Made by a program: the position numbers and the translations under genes. This document shows positions 48,318 through 54,577 of a stretch of 64,000 bases of DNA, piece by piece. Position 1 is the stretch's first letter, and every line of letters begins with the position of its first letter. Source of the stretch: Akkermansiaceae bacterium (GTDB lineage: Bacteria > Verrucomicrobiota > Verrucomicrobiia > Verrucomicrobiales > Akkermansiaceae); NCBI GenBank assembly GCA_045106015.1, contig JBGCEE010000032.1:1668-65667 (forward strand), given 5' to 3'. The notes beneath the pieces are model-generated. The model searched no databases and was not told the DNA's origin. It saw only the letters and a list, made by a program, of their open reading frames with translations.

Positions 48318-48371
48318 GTTCTTGTCCTTTCGTAACTTTCAGGATTTACTGAAAACAACGAAAGGAAGAAC
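48318..48371 (+). promoter_or_regulatory. Nested palindrome: candidate operator and RBS-occluding hairpin
   Basis: GTTCTT/AAGAAC (6 bp), CCTTTCGT/ACGAAAGG (8 bp) and TTTCAG-N6-CTGAAA (6 bp) nested. The 3' arm contains AAAGGA and ends 2 nt before the ATG at 48374. Confidence 0.6.
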
Positions 48372-48373
48372 CA

Positions 48374-48832
48374 ATGAAACTAACGAATCGAATGGAGTGG
48401 ATCGAAGTGTATTATGACGGCCGGTGCGGGATGTGTTGTAGTTTTCACGAATGGATCAATCGCCAGCCGCGGGCTTTTAAAATCGTCTTCATTCCGTATC
48501 AGGCAGAAAAGGCAGAGCAGGTCTTCCCCGGTATTGGTAGCCTCGACCCCTCTCGGGAAATGGTGGTTCGAACGAGTGACCATGAGCTTTTCCGGGGAGC
48601 TGAAGCTTGGGTTTGGTGCTTGAATAGTTGTGCGAACCATCAGCGGGCAGCGCAGAAGTTGAGTGGTCCAAAACTTCTTCCTCTTGCCATACGTGCTTGT
48701 CGGGTTCTTGCGGCAAATCGCCACAGCCTCAGCAAAGTATTTTTTTACGGGAAGGACAAGGTAGTGAGGGAGAAGCTTCATCAGATGCCAGCGCCCGATT
48801 GTAAGAAGGGCCATTGTGCGACTCAGAGTTGA
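48374..48832 (+). CDS. DCC1-like thiol-disulfide oxidoreductase (DUF393)
   Basis: VYYDGRCGMC (DGxCxxC), FIPYQ, GAEAW. Confidence 0.9.
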   Translation: MKLTNRMEWIEVYYDGRCGMCCSFHEWINRQPRAFKIVFIPYQAEKAEQVFPGIGSLDPSREMVVRTSDHELFRGAEAWVWCLNSCANHQRAAQKLSGPKLLPLAIRACRVLAANRHSLSKVFFYGKDKVVREKLHQMPAPDCKKGHCATQS

Positions 48833-48860
48833 ATGTGAAGAAAAATTGAAAGGCTGAATA

Positions 48861-49265
48861 GTGAATCTCCAAGATATACATCTTCTACTTCGTCTGGCTG
48901 GTCTTGTGCTATGCGGATTGGTTCTCGCGAATTTTGTTGCGGCGAAGCGCTTTCAGTATGCTGAAAATCTTCGGTCAACGGACGTGATCATTCGCCAGAT
49001 TTTTCATGTCCATAGCGCGTATATCATCGCTATCATTGGTGGGTTGGCAGTTCTGTGTTTGGGATCGCCAGAGCTCTTAACCGAAGGAAAATTCAGCCGT
49101 GTGTTCTGCATCTTCTTCGCCCTGTTCTGGAGCAGCCGAGTGCTCGTTCAGTTGAAGTATTACGACAGGGATCTACGCCGTTCGAACCGCTTCTGGGATG
49201 TCTTTTTCCTCTGCGTATTTGGTTTCCTTGGTGTCGTCTTCACCCTAACTGCACTGCTACCATGA
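48861..49265 (+). CDS. Hypothetical 4-TM membrane protein (paralog A)
   Basis: GTG start, 134 aa. IRQIFHVHSAYI and FWSSRVLVQLKYYD motifs are shared with the next gene. Confidence 0.8.
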   Translation: MNLQDIHLLLRLAGLVLCGLVLANFVAAKRFQYAENLRSTDVIIRQIFHVHSAYIIAIIGGLAVLCLGSPELLTEGKFSRVFCIFFALFWSSRVLVQLKYYDRDLRRSNRFWDVFFLCVFGFLGVVFTLTALLP

Positions 49266-49696
49266 AAAATTTGTTAGAAATTGGAACGCTGATCGGAGGC
49301 TGGTCGTTGGTCATCCTATGTATCGGTAGTTTTTGGATTCCTCAGAAACTGGGATGGAAGGAGAAGCTGGCTGGGTTGACTCCGCTGATGCGAGAGCTTT
49401 GGTGGACCTACTCAATCTACGTCTTGAGCAGTCATGTATTCTTTTCGGTCTTACTTCTGTTTCATCGTGATTGGCTAATGGGTGGGAGCGGATCGGCCAT
49501 TGCGATGAACGTTTTTATGCTGCTTTGGTGGTCGGTGAGACTCTGGTTGCAGTTCTTTGGATTCGATTTCTCTGAGGTCGAAAAAAATTTGAGCAACCGG
49601 CTAGCGAAGGGCCTACTGACGCTACTTTTTATTGGGCTCGTGGTTCTGAATGGCGGGCTACTTTGTTGGAATGTTGGTTGGTTCGAATTTCTTTGA
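49262..49696 (+). CDS. Hypothetical 4-TM membrane protein (paralog B)
   Basis: ATGA overlap with paralog A. LMRELWWTYSIYV and WWSVRLWLQFFGFD motifs. Confidence 0.8.
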   Translation: MKNLLEIGTLIGGWSLVILCIGSFWIPQKLGWKEKLAGLTPLMRELWWTYSIYVLSSHVFFSVLLLFHRDWLMGGSGSAIAMNVFMLLWWSVRLWLQFFGFDFSEVEKNLSNRLAKGLLTLLFIGLVVLNGGLLCWNVGWFEFL

Positions 49697-49700
49697 ACCG

Positions 49701-50606
49701 ATGATTGGTCTTATCGCATCGCTGACGCTCGTAGGCGTTCTTGCTGGTCCTGCTTTAAGGAAAGTTCAGCGAGTCTCGTGGAGGCGACTGTGTGGATGGG
49801 CTGTCTTGTTGCTACTCGTTTGGTGTGCGGACTCTTTGATGGCCGAAAGTGATCCGGTCCTACGCATGATTGGGATCTGTTGTGTCTTACTCGGTGGGAT
49901 GAAGGGACTGGTGTATGCGGAGTGGGCAGGAGATCGTCCACTGGCTCTAGGTCGATATTTGTTGTTCGCGTTCTGCTGGTTTGGAATGGATCCGAGTGCC
50001 TTTCAAAAGCGTCGGACAGGGCTGAGTTGGAAGGCGGATATCACAGTTGGCCTGACTCTCATGTTGGTTGGCACCTTATTGGGATGGCTGGTTTGGGTAT
50101 CTGGGTGGCGTCAGCTTTTGGTCATGTTTTTACCCATGAGTTTGGGATTTCACTTTGGAGCTCTGAGAGTTCTCAAAGGAGTCCTGCGATTATCGGGATT
50201 TCCTGTTCGAACGCTTTTCCCGAACTTGCTGGAGGCTCGTGGAGTAGGTGATTTTTGGAGCCGGAAGTGGAACGTGGGCTATTCGCAAATGATGCAACGT
50301 GTGGTGGGGCGTCCGATCACGGCGGTTGCGGGATCGAATTCAGGATTGATGGTCGTTTTCCTTGTTTCAGGACTTTTGCATGAACTGGCCATCACCTTAC
50401 CTGTGCGATCGGGGTTCGGATTGCCGACCCTGTTTTTCGTCGTCCACGGTCTGCTGGTCTTAGCTGAAAAGCACTGGAAAATTCCCATGGGTCGGGTGCC
50501 AGCTCTATTGCTTGTTGGGTTACCGCTTGGCCTCTTGTTCCCAGAGGATTTTAGAGACCAAATCATTGTCAGGTGCCTGTCGGTTTTCGAATATTTACCG
50601 GGGTAA
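49701..50606 (+). CDS. MBOAT family O-acyltransferase (wax synthase-like MBOAT_2)
   Basis: DFWSRKWNVGYSQMM and FLVSGLLHELA (catalytic His). Multiple TM helices. Confidence 0.88.
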   Translation: MIGLIASLTLVGVLAGPALRKVQRVSWRRLCGWAVLLLLVWCADSLMAESDPVLRMIGICCVLLGGMKGLVYAEWAGDRPLALGRYLLFAFCWFGMDPSAFQKRRTGLSWKADITVGLTLMLVGTLLGWLVWVSGWRQLLVMFLPMSLGFHFGALRVLKGVLRLSGFPVRTLFPNLLEARGVGDFWSRKWNVGYSQMMQRVVGRPITAVAGSNSGLMVVFLVSGLLHELAITLPVRSGFGLPTLFFVVHGLLVLAEKHWKIPMGRVPALLLVGLPLGLLFPEDFRDQIIVRCLSVFEYLPG

Positions 50607-50621
50607 GAACGCTTGTGCGTC

Positions 50622-50649
50622 GGGAAATTCCGTGCTCGAAGAATTTCCC
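50622..50649. promoter_or_regulatory. Perfect 9-bp inverted repeat upstream of the metal ATPase
   Basis: GGGAAATTC-N10-GAATTTCCC. Imperfect pairing extends outward to CTTGT/ACAAG (50612-50664). Confidence 0.45.
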
Positions 50650-50672
50650 ACGTGGCGCTACAAGGGTCGTGT

Positions 50673-53036
50673 ATGAAGGGGGAAGAGAGATCGTCCGATT
50701 TGCTTGGAGATGTGATTCATGACTTAGCAGATCAGCAGGGTGTCGTGAAAGTTCGCGCGGACCCCGAGCATGGGCGTCTCGAAATTGATTTTGACCCAAA
50801 AGAGATGAGCGAAGGCGAACTGCGAAAAATCGCCGGTGAGGATGCTAGCGAGTTGGCGGAGGAATTGAGGAAGTTAAGTTTTCGATTGGAGAATTCGGGA
50901 TGCGAAGCAGGTGCGCTTCGATTGGAGAAAAAGGTTAGCAATGTCCATGGTGTTCGGCATGCGACGGCAACTTACATCGGTAAGGTCCTGTGCCTGACTT
51001 TTGATCAGTCCATGGCGGCGGAGGACGAAGTGGTTGCTGGTATTCAGCAAGCTGGGGCTGAAGTAAAACCACTGGAATTTGGTAAAGGGGGTAAGACTTC
51101 GTTTGCCGACAAACTAAAAGCGGGTGAGCTTAACGAGGAAATCTCGTGTGGTCTTGGATTTGCTTTTTTGATTGCTGCGTTTGTGTCCGAGAAAATTGCT
51201 GGCATGGGTGTTTTGGCCATTGGATTTTATGTGGGTGCGTATGTATTCGCAGGCCAGGAGGGAGTCAGATCTGCGATTGCGTCTCTTAAGGAGAAGGTCT
51301 TGGACGTGGATGTGTTGATGGTACTTGCAGCCATCGGTGCGGCCATCGTCGGTGCTCCATTTGAAGGTGCACTGCTTTTATTCCTTTTCAGTTTTTCGAA
51401 CGTTCTACAACGCTATGCGATGGAGCGGACACATCGGGCAATCGAGTCTTTGCTCACGCTTCGGCCGGATGAGGCGTTGGTGAAGCGTGGGGGTAGGACG
51501 GTCCTTGTTCCCGTGGAGGACCTAGAGATCGGGGAAACGGTTGTGGTAAAGCCGGGAGAGCAGATTCCGGTGGATGGGGAGCTTTCCGAGGGTAGCACGC
51601 ATGTGAATGAATCCTCGCTGACTGGTGAGTCGATGCCAGTGGCGAAACACAAGGGTAGCGAACTCTTTGCAGGGACGATGAATCAGAGCGGAGGTATTGA
51701 ACTTAGGGTAACGAAGCGCTCCGAGGACTCGGCACTGGCGCGCATGGTTAAGCTTGTCGCCGAGGCTCAAGCTGAGAAGTCGAAAACCCAACGTTTTTTG
51801 GAAACTGCCGAGCAGTATTATGCGATGGGAGTCATTCTTTTTACGATAGGTGTATTCTTTTTACCTTGGTTGATTTGGGAAGAATCATTTTCCCAATCGT
51901 TTTACCGAGCGATGACAGTGATGGTAGTGGCTTCTCCCTGTGCGCTGATCATCAGTACTCCTGCAACGGTTTTGTCAGCGATTGGTGGGGCAGCAAGAAG
52001 GGGGATTCTTGTCAAAGGAGGTTCGCATTTGGAGCAGGCAGCAACGATTGATATAGTCGCGGTGGATAAGACAGGAACCCTCACAGAAGGAAAGCCTTCA
52101 CTGACGGAAATCGTGACCTTGCAAGGGGCTTCAATAATGTCGCCATCGCTGGGTGAAGATGCTCGAAGTCTTCTCCGTATGGCTGCGGGATTGGAAACAA
52201 GATCAGAACATCCGCTTGCGCACGCGATCGCAGATGCTGCTTCTTCCTTGGGTTTAGATATTCCAGAGGCATCCGAGTTTCAGTCGATAACTGGCAAAGG
52301 AGCCGAGGCGACTCTGGAATCCGAACGCTATGTCATCGGTAGTGAAAGATGGTTTCGCGATTCGCTGGCAGAAAATGTTGAAGAGCTTTCGAGCTCCGCC
52401 CATGAATTTCAGAAGAAAGGGCGAACTTGCGTTTGGCTTGGGGTGCGAAAGGGGAACAAGCTTTCGGTAAAAGCGGTATTCGCTATGGCGGATACGGTTC
52501 GCCAAGAAGCGAAGACTCTCGCGAAACAGCTTCATGTTTTGGGGATCAAAAAATTCGTCATGCTCACGGGGGATCAGAAGGTGGTCGCTGATACGATTGC
52601 TGCTGAGGTTGGGATTGATGAAGTTCATGCGGAGATGCTTCCCGAGAATAAACTGGAGGTGATTCGCGAACTGAAGAAAGAAGGAAAAGTCCTGATGATT
52701 GGGGATGGCGTGAACGACGCGCCGGCCTTGGCGACATCGGACCTGAGTATGGCGATGGGTGCGGCGGGAACGGATGTTGCGATGGAAACCGCAGATGTCG
52801 TGCTGATGGGGGATCGTTTGGAATCGATTCCACTGCTTTTGAATCATGCGAGGAGAGCCAGACGTGTTCTTATACAGAATCTCGCTTTCGCGACAGGCGT
52901 GATCATTGTTCTTGTGATCGGTGCGCTTGGATTTGCTTTGCCATTGCCCGTGGGTGTCGTGGGACATGAAGGCAGCACGGTGTTAGTTTGTCTCAATGGC
53001 TTGCGCCTTCTTTTGATCGGCAGGTCTGCAGTGTAG
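50673..53036 (+). CDS. Heavy-metal P-type ATPase, P1B-4 signature
   Basis: SPC (VASPCALII), TGES, DKTGT, SEHP, GDGVND and HEGST in the last TM. Confidence 0.93.
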   Translation: MKGEERSSDLLGDVIHDLADQQGVVKVRADPEHGRLEIDFDPKEMSEGELRKIAGEDASELAEELRKLSFRLENSGCEAGALRLEKKVSNVHGVRHATATYIGKVLCLTFDQSMAAEDEVVAGIQQAGAEVKPLEFGKGGKTSFADKLKAGELNEEISCGLGFAFLIAAFVSEKIAGMGVLAIGFYVGAYVFAGQEGVRSAIASLKEKVLDVDVLMVLAAIGAAIVGAPFEGALLLFLFSFSNVLQRYAMERTHRAIESLLTLRPDEALVKRGGRTVLVPVEDLEIGETVVVKPGEQIPVDGELSEGSTHVNESSLTGESMPVAKHKGSELFAGTMNQSGGIELRVTKRSEDSALARMVKLVAEAQAEKSKTQRFLETAEQYYAMGVILFTIGVFFLPWLIWEESFSQSFYRAMTVMVVASPCALIISTPATVLSAIGGAARRGILVKGGSHLEQAATIDIVAVDKTGTLTEGKPSLTEIVTLQGASIMSPSLGEDARSLLRMAAGLETRSEHPLAHAIADAASSLGLDIPEASEFQSITGKGAEATLESERYVIGSERWFRDSLAENVEELSSSAHEFQKKGRTCVWLGVRKGNKLSVKAVFAMADTVRQEAKTLAKQLHVLGIKKFVMLTGDQKVVADTIAAEVGIDEVHAEMLPENKLEVIRELKKEGKVLMIGDGVNDAPALATSDLSMAMGAAGTDVAMETADVVLMGDRLESIPLLLNHARRARRVLIQNLAFATGVIIVLVIGALGFALPLPVGVVGHEGSTVLVCLNGLRLLLIGRSAV

Positions 53037-53037
53037 A

Positions 53038-53352
53038 TCAGCGGCGTTGCAGTTCGCTTGAAGGGAAGAGCAGCCTCGCCATGCCGTTGAAAAGAGTCAT
53101 GAGCACCTTGTAGCAAACGAATAGGACTGCAGCGACCATGCCGATGGCGACAAAGAGAATAAGAAGCACAAAGCCAAGGATGAACCAGAGTGGCCACCAG
53201 CGGGAATCGAGCTTTCTCATCTTTCCTTGTAAGGTGCCCCAGCTCTGCCAGCGACTGCGTTGACGCTTGGATTTCTGAGCGGGATTTGGCTCCACAGCGA
53301 CCCCGTCGATCTCGACGACTTCGGCTTCGATGGTGGGTTCCTCACGGCTCAT
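53038..53352 (-). CDS. Hypothetical membrane protein
   Basis: MSREEPTIEAEVVEIDG...WWPLWFILG with a C-terminal hydrophobic hairpin. A TATACT -10-like hexamer lies 8 nt upstream (53361-53366). Confidence 0.7.
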   Translation of the reverse strand: MSREEPTIEAEVVEIDGVAVEPNPAQKSKRQRSRWQSWGTLQGKMRKLDSRWWPLWFILGFVLLILFVAIGMVAAVLFVCYKVLMTLFNGMARLLFPSSELQRR

Positions 53353-53406
53353 ACGGCAACAGTATACCGTGTGGGCGGAACTACGCACCTATAGAAAGCA
53401 AAAATC

Positions 53407-53476
53407 AAAAAAAGTGCGGCCCGACCGATCATCCCCAAGGAAAACCCAATAACCAGAGGAGTCTCAGTCGGACCGC
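53407..53476 (-). terminator. Intrinsic terminator with a 35-nt loop
   Basis: Minus strand GCGGTCCGACTGA pairs with TCGGTCGGGCCGC (13 bp, two G-U pairs that work only on this strand), followed by AC and seven T. Confidence 0.75.
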
Positions 53477-53520
53477 CTATAGATGAGGACAGCACGGAAC
53501 ATGCCAAAGTCGTTTTCGTT
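53407..53520 (-). ncRNA. Candidate small RNA (about 115 nt)
   Basis: Bounded by an extended -10 (TGCTACTAT) and a 13-bp stem plus U7 terminator. No long ORF. The 5' end is inferred. Confidence 0.5.
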
Positions 53521-53525
53521 TCGAA

Positions 53526-53534
53526 ATAGTAGCA
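53526..53534 (-). promoter_or_regulatory. Extended -10 promoter element
   Basis: Minus strand TG-C-TACTAT. No consensus -35 at 17-nt spacing. Confidence 0.4.
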
Positions 53535-53586
53535 AAGGCTTTCAATTCTCTATTGGACGATTCGACGAGGAAGCGCAGTCGAAATC

Positions 53587-54504
53587 TCAAACCATTGCAG
53601 CGCGTGCGAGTTCCTCACGACGGAAATTCGTTGGAGAATTCCCGGTGAAACGAGCAAAGCTGCGGTTGAACTGGGAAAGTGATTGGTAACCGATTTGGAA
53701 TGCGATTTCGGACACACGTGTTTCAGAGCGGAGCAGTTCTTTTTTCGCCCATTCGATGCGGCGACGGTTGACGTAGTCGGTGAGGGTCAGGCTGGTGGCG
53801 TCTTTGAAAACGCGGCAGAAATGAGACTCACTGAGCCCTGCCTGTCTGGCGACCAGCGAGAGGGGGAGCGGGTCGGCCAAGTTATTATCGATAAATTTTT
53901 TCGCGCGAGCTACGGCCGCAGGTTCGCTACCATTGCTGATGATCGCTAGCTTTTCGGCATGTTTGCCGAGTTGGCTGGCGAAGGTGGCGAGCAAGGTGAC
54001 CATGCTTTGGTAGCGCTCGGGTTCGACAACGGCGGTCTGTAAGTAGGCTTCCTTTAGTGCTGTGGCATCGCTTTCGCTAAGGCCTTGGCGCAGAAGTGTT
54101 TTTGTAACGGTTTCGAATTTTTTTGGAGTGGGAGTTTTATGAAAGACTTGTCCGGTGCGAAGCATTCCGATCAGGACACCGCTGCAAGAGACTGGGACCG
54201 CAGTGGCGGCCATGCCGGTGAAACAATGGCAGGTGGTTGGGCCGTGAATTTTTGCCTCTTCGTTTAGGCGGTTGTTTACCGAGATACAAGATTTGCAGGC
54301 GGTGGAGCAGAGGTTGAGTTTTTCACAAAAGGCGCTGCCGTTCGTAGAGTTTCTACAGGTGTCTTCGATTCCTGAATCTGGATCGACAAAGCGTAGCGGG
54401 AGCCCAGTAGCGCATCTGAATGCGTTTTGGTAGGTCGTGAAAAGCTCCGAACCTAGCACTTTTTCGTGCATGGCCTTCTTGAACTGTTCCGGATCGTTAA
54501 TCAT
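53587..54504 (-). CDS. AraC family regulator with N-terminal PocR-type sensor domain
   Basis: AF..ATGLPL, FC...C..C, CHCFTGM...AVPV, LRTGQVF. C-terminal AraC double HTH (LSESHFCRVFK, IAFQIGYQSLSQFNRSF). Confidence 0.92.
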   Translation of the reverse strand: MINDPEQFKKAMHEKVLGSELFTTYQNAFRCATGLPLRFVDPDSGIEDTCRNSTNGSAFCEKLNLCSTACKSCISVNNRLNEEAKIHGPTTCHCFTGMAATAVPVSCSGVLIGMLRTGQVFHKTPTPKKFETVTKTLLRQGLSESDATALKEAYLQTAVVEPERYQSMVTLLATFASQLGKHAEKLAIISNGSEPAAVARAKKFIDNNLADPLPLSLVARQAGLSESHFCRVFKDATSLTLTDYVNRRRIEWAKKELLRSETRVSEIAFQIGYQSLSQFNRSFARFTGNSPTNFRREELARAAMV

Positions 54505-54577
54505 GTGTAAGCTCAAATTTCCTGAGAACGTGAGGGAAACTAGATGAGTTTCCGATCTTGTGCAACTTTTCATGAAC

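Noticed and set aside
52254-52967. 237-aa minus-strand ORF and other long overlapping ORFs (553-1155, 8346-8948, 54841-55389, 58149-58715)
   Set aside because: They lie fully within well-supported genes in other frames or strands and have no motifs.
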